From an uncultured Verrucomicrobiales bacterium (GTDB taxonomy: Bacteria; Pseudomonadota; Alphaproteobacteria; Paracaedibacterales; Paracaedibacteraceae): 64,000 nt of DNA. A program made the translations under genes and the position numbers. The notes beneath the pieces were generated by a model. That model had not been told where the DNA came from. It made no database searches and saw nothing but the letters and a program-made list of their open reading frames with translations. The DNA is taken from contig CAZITL010000006.1 of assembly GCA_964542195.1 (NCBI GenBank), positions 9,327 to 73,326 on the forward strand, read 5' to 3'. Positions 46,500-55,416 of the stretch are shown here, in pieces. Every line of letters begins with the position of its first letter. The stretch's first letter is position 1.

Positions 46500-47234
46500 T
46501 TAAGAATGTAAAAAAATCTCTCTAATAAAATCATTAATCAAAAATTTTGAGCGATGGTCCAAAAGGGAATCATAAACCGTTCCCATGTTATAATCATGGG
46601 CAGCCGGATTGGTAAACGCATGGTAGCCTGTGCCATAAATCATGAGCTGAAAGTCAGTCTTTGCGCGAGACAGTTCCTTTTGCAAGGCCTCAATCTCATT
46701 GGGGGGAACCATAGGGTCTTTGTAACCATGAAGGGCCAGGACTTTTGCTTTATAGGTCTCTGGTAAGGGGTATGTGGGTGGTGTAAATAATCCATGAACA
46801 CTCACCGCTCCTTTCAACCCTAAATTGTTGCGAACCGCATCAAGCACACACAATCCGCCAAAACAGTACCCGATACCAACAATATTTTGGCTATCTATCC
46901 TTGAATCATGGGTCAGATGATCCATGATTCCTTTAATACGGTCTTTAAGAAATTCTCGGTTATGAACAAAAGGTTCCATAAGGGCAGAATTTTCAGCAGG
47001 CGAACTCCCGACTCTTCCTTGACCATATAAATCAAGCGCTACACCGACGTACCCCATTTGTGCAAAATAATGGGCCTTTTCGCGACAAAATTTATCCCTT
47101 CCTGCCCAGGTTGGAAAGACAAGCACCGCAGGCTGAGGAGCAGAGGAGGGTTGATATGCATAGTATACTTCCAATTGCACGTCTTGATGAGAAATCTGAA
47201 CATACTCTGAAGCAATCTCTACCATTTGTATCAT
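46500..47234 (-). CDS. Dienelactone hydrolase family protein
   Basis: VLVFPTWAGRD, nucleophile motif GIGYCFGG and C-terminal GTGYHAF. Confidence 0.85.
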   Translation of the reverse strand: MIQMVEIASEYVQISHQDVQLEVYYAYQPSSAPQPAVLVFPTWAGRDKFCREKAHYFAQMGYVGVALDLYGQGRVGSSPAENSALMEPFVHNREFLKDRIKGIMDHLTHDSRIDSQNIVGIGYCFGGLCVLDAVRNNLGLKGAVSVHGLFTPPTYPLPETYKAKVLALHGYKDPMVPPNEIEALQKELSRAKTDFQLMIYGTGYHAFTNPAAHDYNMGTVYDSLLDHRSKFLINDFIREIFLHS

Positions 47235-47431
47235 CCTTCACTGATTTGCCTGACACATTGTTAAGCTTAGGCAAAGAATTAGTTTACTGCAAGCCACTTC
47301 CCTTCGCTCCCTCATTGCTGAAGCCAGCCTGGCCAATCCTCCTCCATAAGCTAAATATTTGCTTGATTTATCAATCAAAATGAAAATATTTCTGAGATAT
47401 AACATCCATCATTCCTGTAATAATTGATATT

Positions 47432-47449
47432 TGATTCATATATAAATCA
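47432..47449. promoter_or_regulatory. Palindromic operator candidate 1: TGATT-N8-AATCA
   Basis: TGATTCATATATAAATCA. An identical 18-mer (19-mer including the following T) recurs 83 bp downstream, upstream of hipB. Confidence 0.5.
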
Positions 47450-47514
47450 TATTTAGCTGATTTCAGTTCTAAAGGCATGATTTTCTCTCTTTATTCTTAG
47501 TTAAAAGTAGGATA

Positions 47515-47532
47515 TGATTCATATATAAATCA
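47515..47532. promoter_or_regulatory. Palindromic operator candidate 2: TGATT-N8-AATCA
   Basis: Identical TGATTCATATATAAATCA ending 18 nt before the hipB ATG. Confidence 0.5.
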
Positions 47533-47549
47533 TTTCGTATTGCTTTTAG

Positions 47550-47795
47550 ATGATTGTTGAGACTATGGACATCTTAGGGACAATTGTACGTGCACAGCGT
47601 CGCCGAATTCCCTTATCTCAACAAGAACTCGCTGATTTAGCTGGTGTAAGTCGAACATCCATTCAACGGATTGAGGCGGGCATTGATACAACAGAACTTT
47701 CAACCCTTCTTAAGGTATTAAGAGTCTTGAATCTAACTCTTACTCTTACCGGGGATTTACCCCATGATATACCCCCCCAAGAGAAGGGATCCTAG
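47550..47795 (+). CDS. hipB: HipB-like XRE-family HTH protein of a tripartite HipBST module
   Basis: RAQRRRIPLSQQELADLAGVSRTSIQRIEAG. Confidence 0.8.
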   Translation: MIVETMDILGTIVRAQRRRIPLSQQELADLAGVSRTSIQRIEAGIDTTELSTLLKVLRVLNLTLTLTGDLPHDIPPQEKGS

Positions 47796-47797
47796 CC

Positions 47798-48112
47798 ATG
47801 AGGTCGGCACAGGTTTATGTGGGAAAAGTTTTAGCTGCAACTCTGCAAGAGATAGAAAAGAATCATCACTATCGTTTAATTTATCTGCCCAATTATCAAG
47901 GACCGCCCATCTCTTTAACGTTACCAGTCCGCAAAGAACCTTATGATTTTCCCCATTTCCCAACCTTTTTTGATGGACTTTTGCCAGAAGGTATGCAGTT
48001 AGAGGCGCTTTTACGTCAAGCAAAGTTAGATAGAGATGACTTATTTGGCCAACTTCTTCAAGTGGGAACCGATATGGTAGGGGCGGTATCTGTAATGGGA
48101 CCAAAACCATGA
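47798..48112 (+). CDS. hipS: HipS (stand-alone HipA N-terminal subdomain; antitoxin in HipBST systems)
   Basis: 104 aa. The motif FFDGLLPEGMQLEALLRQAKLDRDDLFGQLLQVGTDMVGAVSV is typical of the HipA N-terminal (couple_hipA) domain. Its stop overlaps the hipT start (ATGA). Confidence 0.8.
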   Translation: MRSAQVYVGKVLAATLQEIEKNHHYRLIYLPNYQGPPISLTLPVRKEPYDFPHFPTFFDGLLPEGMQLEALLRQAKLDRDDLFGQLLQVGTDMVGAVSVMGPKP

Positions 48113-49041
48113 AGAGATGTCTAATCACCTATCTTCCCTTGGATGAGACCAGGGATCATTACAGTCTACAGGGCTTACATAAACTATCGCCGCGCCTTAA
48201 TCACCTTAATCCTTTTCCGTATTCTGCAGAGGCCCAAAGACAAGAAGCTGTGGCTCGGGCCACAAAGCTTTCCATTCAAGGTGTACAACCAAAATTATCT
48301 GCAAAGCTCCTGGTAGCAGATAAATGCTTTACGATTGTGGATAAGGGAGGAACCTTTATTATCAAACCCCAACATTACCATTTTTCGGAATTGCCACAAA
48401 ATGAAGATTTGACCATGCGTCTTGCTGCCCTTTGCGGCATTCAAGTTCCGCTCCACGGCCTGCTCTATTGTCAGGATGGGAGCTTAAGCTACTTTATTAA
48501 ACGTTTTGATCGAAAGGGTTTAAGCGATAAAGTTCCTATTGAGGATTTTTCTCAGCTTAGCCAAAGAACTAGAGAAACCAAATATGATAGCAGCATGGAG
48601 CAAGTAGCTAAAATTATTCAAACGTATTGCACCTTTCCCATGGTGGAAAAACAGAAATTGTTTTTACGCGTATTGTTTTGTTTTTTGGTGGGTAACGAAG
48701 ATATGCATTTGAAAAATTTTTCCTTAATTAGCCACAACCAAAAAATTGAACTTTCACCTGCCTATGATCTGCTCAATACAACTTTGGCTCTTCCTCAAGC
48801 AAGTGAAGAAATTGCTCTGCCTATCCGTGGAAAAAAGAACAAATTAAAAAAATCCGACCTCGTGACTTATTTTGGGGAGGAGGTTTTAGGCTTGCCTGAA
48901 AAAGTTTTACAAAAGACCCTCAATCAAACCCGAAAAAGTCTTTTAGAATCTCTGCCGTTAATTAATATGAGCTTCCTATCAACGGAATATAAGGAAGCAT
49001 ATAAAGCCATGGTTATGGAACGGCTTGAACGCTTAACATAA
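48109..49041 (+). CDS. hipT: HipT (HipA-like Ser/Thr kinase toxin lacking the N-terminal subdomain)
   Basis: Gly-rich loop LSIQGVQPKLSA, catalytic GNEDMHLKNFS and SPAYDLLNT. 310 aa. Confidence 0.85.
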   Translation: MKRCLITYLPLDETRDHYSLQGLHKLSPRLNHLNPFPYSAEAQRQEAVARATKLSIQGVQPKLSAKLLVADKCFTIVDKGGTFIIKPQHYHFSELPQNEDLTMRLAALCGIQVPLHGLLYCQDGSLSYFIKRFDRKGLSDKVPIEDFSQLSQRTRETKYDSSMEQVAKIIQTYCTFPMVEKQKLFLRVLFCFLVGNEDMHLKNFSLISHNQKIELSPAYDLLNTTLALPQASEEIALPIRGKKNKLKKSDLVTYFGEEVLGLPEKVLQKTLNQTRKSLLESLPLINMSFLSTEYKEAYKAMVMERLERLT

Positions 49042-49120
49042 GCCTATAATTTCTTTTCATTCCTCTTCCAATTCCATGGTCTAATTTTGAGATGATGATT
49101 GAGAAAAATAAATTTCAAGC

Positions 49121-50257
49121 TTATGTTTTCTTACCATGCTTCTTTTTAGGCACTCGATAAGCCAGCCAGCTTACAATTTCTAATCGAATTTCATTAAACC
49201 AGTTAACCACATTTTGACCACTCAGATCCACATCCACTGCCTCAAAAATGGGTCCAGTTTTCCAAAACCAGGTCCAAAATTTAGATAAAGTATTCTCCTG
49301 GCCCAATCCAGGTATTTTTCTAACCAAAAAAGCCGTGTCTTGAAAGGCACTATGTTCCACATCAAAGTTTAGGATGTGGGCATTTTGAATGTTTTTTAAT
49401 TGATCCCCGACATCTTCTTGATATTGACGTGTTGCTCGAATGAACAGAACAGGAATCCCTCGATCATTAGGAGGAACTCCTGCCCGTCCAAAGATTTTTC
49501 TCTCCGTAATTTTTGAGTCAATATCCACAACTGCCTTGATTCTCTCGTCAGAAAACCCGAGAGTGTGAGCCACATTTCCACCAAAACTATGCCCCATAAG
49601 GATAACTGTCCGGCCATCCCATTGGCTCGAAAGAAAATCCTGATCAATGCCCTGCATATGATCAAGGATATAACGCACATCTGCGATGGATTGCTGCATA
49701 GAGTCATCAAAATATTGATAGCGATAATCTCTATCCCGTTTAACTTTCCACATATCGTAAAAGCTCGGAACAATCGTTGTGCCATCTAAATGTTGAGTAA
49801 ATTGCGACATGTATGGTTGATCCAAACTCAAGACAATATAACCTTGACTGGCTAACTCCTCACACAAAATGGTATATCGTTGTCGAATCTCCCCAAGGCC
49901 GTGAATGAAGATAATAACTGGAAAAGGACCCTTGGTGGAAATAGCAGCCTGAGGGTGTCCGTAGGTCAAGACTTGATGAGAGCCAATCATGCCATTATCC
50001 AATGTTCCTGGCATATAGGGGGAGGTTTGCTCATTTTTTGTATCGGTAGGATAGAAAGCTTGGACCATCCATCGTTTGGTCTTTGTCCCTCGAAGCATCA
50101 TTCTGTCATTATCGTTTAGTTCAAAAGCTTTAGTGCCGACTCCATACTCTCCCATGGGCATGGGAAGGGTTACCTCTTGGGCTATGGCCAGAAATTGGCA
50201 AACGCACCATAGGAATACTATCAAAAAACTTCTAAGAAATAAGTTTCTCATACTCAT
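49121..50257 (-). CDS. Alpha/beta hydrolase, PAF-acetylhydrolase-like lipase/esterase with signal-like leader
   Basis: PVIIFIHGLGEIRQRYTILCEELASQGYIVLSLD. GxSxG nucleophile elbow MGHSFGG. Leader FLIVFLWCVCQFLAIA. Confidence 0.65.
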   Translation of the reverse strand: MSMRNLFLRSFLIVFLWCVCQFLAIAQEVTLPMPMGEYGVGTKAFELNDNDRMMLRGTKTKRWMVQAFYPTDTKNEQTSPYMPGTLDNGMIGSHQVLTYGHPQAAISTKGPFPVIIFIHGLGEIRQRYTILCEELASQGYIVLSLDQPYMSQFTQHLDGTTIVPSFYDMWKVKRDRDYRYQYFDDSMQQSIADVRYILDHMQGIDQDFLSSQWDGRTVILMGHSFGGNVAHTLGFSDERIKAVVDIDSKITERKIFGRAGVPPNDRGIPVLFIRATRQYQEDVGDQLKNIQNAHILNFDVEHSAFQDTAFLVRKIPGLGQENTLSKFWTWFWKTGPIFEAVDVDLSGQNVVNWFNEIRLEIVSWLAYRVPKKKHGKKT

Positions 50258-50502
50258 GCTCCACGAAACAGCCCTTAAGAGGCTGAGGTTCTCTGAAGTC
50301 TAATTATTACTGAAAAATGTAAAACATCAAATTTCTAAATAAAACAGGTTATTCATCTTGATTCTATTCTTCGCTTTTGTGAAACCCTTTTTCGCATAGA
50401 GCAGAAGGTTACCTGTTTGTCCTGTTTATTATAAAAAAAATAACCTATAAAATTGTAGCAGATCCGTTATTGTTCATTTAATTTTTAAAGGAGATTCTTT
50501 TT

Positions 50503-50934
50503 ATGAGGAAATTTATACCCCTTATCTTTCTTTTTGCCCTAAACATTCAATCCCATGCTCACGATAAAATCGATGTCTTGGTGGAAAACACTTGCTATGA
50601 CATCGAAACAAGGTTAAGTGGTTCTGTCATCTATGAAGGTGAAAGGCATGTACAAGAAGTCTCACACGTTATTCCGGCACATTCAGACCAAAAACTGTCT
50701 CCCATCTTTCACTTTACCATCCCTTATGGGACTATCTCAGCTCTTTCCTTCATTCTGACTACGTACAGTGGCAATGATGAGAAGGATAAGGTCGCGACTC
50801 TTATCGCAGGTCTAACAATGACACAAACCTCCCTTAAAACAGAGGCTCTTAAAATTACCATAGCGTTCCAAAGGATGAAAATTGAGGATATCAAAAATAA
50901 AATTGCAATTTCACCAGAAAAGACAAACCTCTGA
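50503..50934 (+). CDS. Small exported hypothetical protein
   Basis: 143 aa. Leader MRKFIPLIFLFALNIQSHA. Confidence 0.5.
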   Translation: MRKFIPLIFLFALNIQSHAHDKIDVLVENTCYDIETRLSGSVIYEGERHVQEVSHVIPAHSDQKLSPIFHFTIPYGTISALSFILTTYSGNDEKDKVATLIAGLTMTQTSLKTEALKITIAFQRMKIEDIKNKIAISPEKTNL

Positions 50935-50995
50935 TTTTCACTTTTCAGCCAAGCCAGATGAAATTAGATCTGGCCTGCTTCCTTCTGCATAATCT

Positions 50996-51562
50996 TTAAT
51001 CTGTATATGTAGTTTCAGCCTTGGTTAGACCATGATTTTTCAAAATAGCAGTAGAGGAAAATGGCTCCAATCGATCTACAACTTCTACCATTTTAGCTCC
51101 CACAGCTACAGCTTGGCGTGATTTATTTTCCACCTGGGGGTCACCTTTTGTGGCAGCAATCACTTGCGGATGAACTGTTTTAACTAATTCTAGATAATCA
51201 GAAAATCCATGAAGTTCTGGAAGCAGTAGGACTTCGTCTACCATTCTTAAGTGGCTTAAAATTTCAGCTCTCTGCTGCTGGTTATGAACTGGCTGACGCT
51301 TTTTATATTTAATGATCCGTGAATCAGGCTCGAGAGCTACAACTAAATAATCTCCCTGCTCTTTAGCCGCTGATAAAAAGCGTACATGACCTAGATGCAA
51401 AAGATCAAAGCACCCCCCAACCAGCACCACTCTTTGGCTAGAGTGGTTATGAGAAACTCCAGGTTGATAAGAGCTAATATTTCCTTGTTTTTCTTTAAGT
51501 GGTGTTAAGGTACACCCTACCAGAATAAGAGTTATAAGACTGATGAAAAAGTTTCGTTTCAC
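50996..51562 (-). CDS. Cytidylyltransferase-like (HxGH nucleotidyltransferase) protein with lipoprotein-type leader
   Basis: VVLVGGCFDLLHLGHVRFLSAAKEQGDYLVVAL (HxGH motif). N-terminus MKRNFFISLITLILVG-C (lipobox). Confidence 0.7.
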   Translation of the reverse strand: MKRNFFISLITLILVGCTLTPLKEKQGNISSYQPGVSHNHSSQRVVLVGGCFDLLHLGHVRFLSAAKEQGDYLVVALEPDSRIIKYKKRQPVHNQQQRAEILSHLRMVDEVLLLPELHGFSDYLELVKTVHPQVIAATKGDPQVENKSRQAVAVGAKMVEVVDRLEPFSSTAILKNHGLTKAETTYTD

Positions 51563-51783
51563 TCTAGATCCTTATTGATTATATGGTGGTTAATGGAAAA
51601 CATTTTGTAACTAATATCGCCTTTTTGAAAAAAAAGAAAGAAAACCATTTGGTACCCAACTCTTTCAACTCTAATAATAGCTCTATTCCTGCCTAGTCCA
51701 TTGTTCTGATCTCGTAAATATGGTAGGCCTTCTAGAGAAAGATTCGTTCAATGATCAGGGATGAATAACCTTTATTGCTAGGG

Positions 51784-52938
51784 ATGACGAGGCTGACATT
51801 CAATTATTTCACCCAAAAACTACATTTACCTCTAGTTCTATTAAGCCTGACTGGTATAGTTATGACCTTGCCTACTTCTATAGCAAAGGCTGACATGAAG
51901 TCCCCAACCTCATACCTTCTACTGGTAAATAAATTAAAGCAAAAGCTTAAGGATTTAGAGCATAATCCAAGCATAAGGCCATTTAATGGGGAAATTATTT
52001 TTTCTGTTAGAGGAAAAACACTTATTCATCACCCCATCCAATTGGTTCAGGAAATTCAAGGAGTTAGCAAACCAGGACAAGTGAACTATGTGATTGCTTC
52101 CTTAACCAAGCAAATCACCGCAGCATTGGTTTTACAGGCGGTTGATGAAGGAAGACTTCTCCTGAGTGACGTGGCCGCAAAGTATCTAAATGATCGTGAC
52201 GTGGATGATTTATCTTTACCAAAGTATCAATCAACCATTCATAATCTCCTTGCTCACCTCTCAGGATACGTGGATGGTCGTCAAGAATTGGTGTCGAAAC
52301 CGGGGACAACGTTTCATTATGCCAGCTGGAGTTATGCTGTTCTGGGTCATATTTTGGCGAATATTTATGGTCTTCCCTTTCCAGAATTAGCCAATCGTTT
52401 GTTTCAAAAAGTTGGAATGAGGCATAGTTATGCACCCCATCGTGCCAAAATCAACCTTTTGCGCCAAAAAAATCATGAGCTTATTAAGGGTTACCATTGT
52501 CGTGAAGATGATTGTTTCGTCGAAGCTAATCCGGAGATAGGCGGTAATCGAGGAGCCGCAGGTGCGGTTATTGCCCCAGCTCAGGACCTAGCGCTTTGGT
52601 GTCATGAGCTTCACCAAGGTAAAATCCTTCCACCACCTCTATACAAGCTAATGATCACCCCTTTTTCCCAAAGTGAGCATAATGTTTTTGGTCCCATCGG
52701 CTATGGTTATGGCCTGCAAATTTCACACACTGATGTAGGGTTAGAATTTAGTCATTTGGGGCACATTCCAGGGTATCAAAGTATGATGCTTTATTACCCT
52801 GATGTTGAATTGTGCGTGATCTTATTAATCAACTCTGATCGACTAGGTCAAGATGATTCCCATCAAGCTTACAATCATTTAAGGACTATCAGAGAAATTG
52901 CTATTCACACAGCTCTCGCTTTAAAAGAGCTTGTCTAA
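51784..52938 (+). CDS. Serine hydrolase, beta-lactamase/PBP (class C-like esterase) family
   Basis: SxxK in VIASLTKQITAALVL and downstream YASWSY. Leader LVLLSLTGIVMTLPTSIAKA. I prefer the ATG at 51784 to the TTG at 51775. Confidence 0.75.
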   Translation: MTRLTFNYFTQKLHLPLVLLSLTGIVMTLPTSIAKADMKSPTSYLLLVNKLKQKLKDLEHNPSIRPFNGEIIFSVRGKTLIHHPIQLVQEIQGVSKPGQVNYVIASLTKQITAALVLQAVDEGRLLLSDVAAKYLNDRDVDDLSLPKYQSTIHNLLAHLSGYVDGRQELVSKPGTTFHYASWSYAVLGHILANIYGLPFPELANRLFQKVGMRHSYAPHRAKINLLRQKNHELIKGYHCREDDCFVEANPEIGGNRGAAGAVIAPAQDLALWCHELHQGKILPPPLYKLMITPFSQSEHNVFGPIGYGYGLQISHTDVGLEFSHLGHIPGYQSMMLYYPDVELCVILLINSDRLGQDDSHQAYNHLRTIREIAIHTALALKELV

Positions 52939-53208
52939 TTAAAGGCGATATTTGACTCTTAACCAGTTGGATAATCCATATAAACTAATCGCGATCCAAG
53001 CGACTTCAATAATAACAGCAGGTGTATTCCATTCATATATGAGAGAGAATAAGATCATCACTCCCCCTAGTAAATTTAATAAACAGTAAGACAAACCATC
53101 GGTGGAAATTTTATGGACATAAATCAGAATGTAAGCAAGGAGAACAAGAAAGGCACCGATTAGACCAATGATGTCAGAAAAACTCATGATGTTTTGCATT
53201 ACTCCCAT
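52939..53208 (-). CDS. Small integral membrane protein (3 hydrophobic helices)
   Basis: The C-terminal ~90 aa of the 156-aa ORF is strongly hydrophobic (IIGLIGAFLVLLAYILIYV, LLNLLGGVMILFSLIY, VIIEVAWIAISLYGL). The AT-rich N-terminal part is doubtful, so the start is uncertain. Confidence 0.4.
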   Translation of the reverse strand: MGVMQNIMSFSDIIGLIGAFLVLLAYILIYVHKISTDGLSYCLLNLLGGVMILFSLIYEWNTPAVIIEVAWIAISLYGLSNWLRVKYRL

Positions 53209-53462
53209 ATATACGTAATCAATTAAAGCAGGATTACCAAGAAACAATTCTTCTAAAAATAATGAATATAAAAATTCATTATTATAGCATGTTTTTATTT
53301 TTAAACAATAAATAAAAATGTCCAGGATAAAATCCACATAAATATCGCTTACCAGTCCCATGACTTTATTCATATAAACATCCATCTCACCATAGATGGA
53401 TGAGGTCAATATTGATAAGTAAAACCTATGTCAAGCTCATTAAAATGGTCTGTAAACCAAAC

Positions 53463-54071
53463 CTAGGTACGGATAACTCGAGCAAAAGCACACATAACAT
53501 GCCCATCAATAAGTTTTTGAGTCAGCTCATATTTTTCATCCCCGATCCGCACGATAAAAGGATGTTCTAATAGAGTATCCACCAACTGTAGATCAAGATC
53601 TGTATTAAGAACAGTGTTCAAGCCTTTACCTTGTAGTTTAGCAATGGCTTCTTTAGCCGTCCATAGTCGATAGAACCCTTCAACACCTGTTTTGTTAATA
53701 TATTGGTTCTCATGATCAGAAAACGCATAAAGAGCAATTTGTTTGTAAGATCGATTCTTGCTCATATCCTCTAAATCTAAGCCGATAGGATCTTCTGGGT
53801 CAGATACAACGCATCCAATCCAAGGGCCAGAGTGACTTATACTAATATGAGGTAGCTGCCTAGAGAGATCAGTTGAGACAAGGACAGGTTGGCCAGTAGC
53901 AAGACGATGCACCTCCAAATCAGAGATTTCCGGTAATAAATACTTAACTAAAGAGTGGGTTATCTCTCGACGCTCTTGAAAAGAAGGTTGGTTTTTGGCA
54001 GAATGCCTCGTGCAAGGACATAAAGTTTCAAATTTTTGCCCTATTATTGGGTATATTTCATTTGAGCACAT
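53463..54071 (-). CDS. 4'-phosphopantetheinyl transferase (Sfp-type)
   Basis: GLDLE metal site and WTAKEAIAKLQGKGL (W..KEA..K motif). I prefer the ATG at 54071 over the TTG at 54131. Confidence 0.75.
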   Translation of the reverse strand: MCSNEIYPIIGQKFETLCPCTRHSAKNQPSFQERREITHSLVKYLLPEISDLEVHRLATGQPVLVSTDLSRQLPHISISHSGPWIGCVVSDPEDPIGLDLEDMSKNRSYKQIALYAFSDHENQYINKTGVEGFYRLWTAKEAIAKLQGKGLNTVLNTDLDLQLVDTLLEHPFIVRIGDEKYELTQKLIDGHVMCAFARVIRT

Positions 54072-54294
54072 ATTGACTATAAGGTATTTCAAAATAGTGA
54101 CTCCACCGAGAGAAATAATAAAAATAGACAATACACAATATTAACTTGAAAAGATTTATTTCATACCTATTTACAATATAAGTATTATATGAGTCATCAT
54201 TATTTAATGTCGAATGTTTTTATTAAATAAAAGTAAATAATTATCAAAATTCGCAAAATCATACATGTATAAGTAAAGAAAAAAGGAATTATCT

Positions 54295-54699
54295 ATGAAA
54301 AGAAGTGTAGTTTCATTGGTATTATTATGCACGTCTATTATTTTGACAGGGTGTCATCCCCGTCATCTTATATACAATGTAGATCATCATCCTATGCCCA
54401 GCCATGTAGAACACATGAGCCAAGAAACCATTAAAAATACGATTGTCCAAACGGCAGCCCGTCGCGGATGGATATGTCATCAAGCAGGTTATGGAAAATT
54501 AGTTTGTCATTTAAAACGTCGTGCACACCAAGCAACCATTGAGATTTCCTATAATAGGCATGAGTTCTCTATTCACCACGTGAATTCTAATAAACTAAAA
54601 CTCAAAGAAGACTTAATCCATCCAAAGTATAATAAGTGGATTAAATTACTAGAAAAAGAAATTGTGGATGCTTTGAACGAACAAGGAGTGCCACACTAA
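54295..54699 (+). CDS. Putative lipoprotein at the head of the polyene cluster
   Basis: Lipobox LLCTSIILTG-C. 134 aa. Confidence 0.55.
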   Translation: MKRSVVSLVLLCTSIILTGCHPRHLIYNVDHHPMPSHVEHMSQETIKNTIVQTAARRGWICHQAGYGKLVCHLKRRAHQATIEISYNRHEFSIHHVNSNKLKLKEDLIHPKYNKWIKLLEKEIVDALNEQGVPH

Positions 54700-54729
54700 T
54701 CGATGCACTCATATCATTAATAACCAAAA

Positions 54730-55416
54730 ATGATTATTGAAAGATGCCAATGGAGCATTGAGCAGGAAAGCGGCTCTTGGCCCAGCTCTCCTAGAGAAAA
54801 TTCTGTCAACGTCCCAGCCATGATGCGTCGACGTTTGACAAAGCTAGGTCGGATCGTGATGGAAAATCTCTATCAAAACCTCGACTTTTTAGAAGGCAAG
54901 GAAATTCCATGGATTATTTCCTGTCAGCACGGTGATACCGGTCGCATGGTAGATTTGCTTTCAGGATTGATGGCAAAGGAACCCTTATCACCAACGGATT
55001 TTAGTTTATCTGTCCATAATGCCATTGGGGCTCTATTTTCCATTGCGACAGGAAACAAACAACTCCAGACAGCATTGTCGGGAGGAAAGGCAAGCTTCGA
55101 GATGGGACTCATTGAGGCTTATGCCTTGCAAAAGAATAAGGGTGGACGTGTGGGATTCATATATTATGATGCACCCCTCCCCCCGCCTTATGCAGAAAAA
55201 TATTTGGTTCCTGAGATATGTATCTCACTCATTATTGGTGAGCCATCTCAATCCCTAATGGATTCTGGAAGTATTGGTCTTGATTTTAAAAATGACCAAG
55301 AAGCCTCCTTAACCCTTAGTCCCATTAATGAATTTATTAGATTTTTTAAGAACCATGATAGAGACACCAAAATATCAATCCCTGGAGGCACCTTCCTCTT
55401 GGAAAGGATTTGTTGA
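54730..55416 (+). CDS. Beta-ketoacyl synthase N-terminal-like protein (chain-length-factor-like, no active-site Cys recognised)
   Basis: MRRRLTKLGRIVME...IISCQHGDTGRMVDLL...LSPTDFSLSVHNAIGALFSIATGN is typical of the CLF-like first gene of aryl-polyene clusters. Confidence 0.6.
   Translation: MIIERCQWSIEQESGSWPSSPRENSVNVPAMMRRRLTKLGRIVMENLYQNLDFLEGKEIPWIISCQHGDTGRMVDLLSGLMAKEPLSPTDFSLSVHNAIGALFSIATGNKQLQTALSGGKASFEMGLIEAYALQKNKGGRVGFIYYDAPLPPPYAEKYLVPEICISLIIGEPSQSLMDSGSIGLDFKNDQEASLTLSPINEFIRFFKNHDRDTKISIPGGTFLLERIC

Noticed and set aside
47060-48128. ORFs antisense to the dienelactone hydrolase 5' end and to hipS/hipB (47060, 47092, 47757, 47764).
   Set aside because: They overlap genes with strong family motifs on the other strand or frame and have no independent support.
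49396-50303. Nested or antisense ORFs within the PAF-AH-like hydrolase gene (49396, 49565, 49880, 50076).
   Set aside because: These are shadow ORFs inside a 378-aa gene that has a GxSxG catalytic motif.
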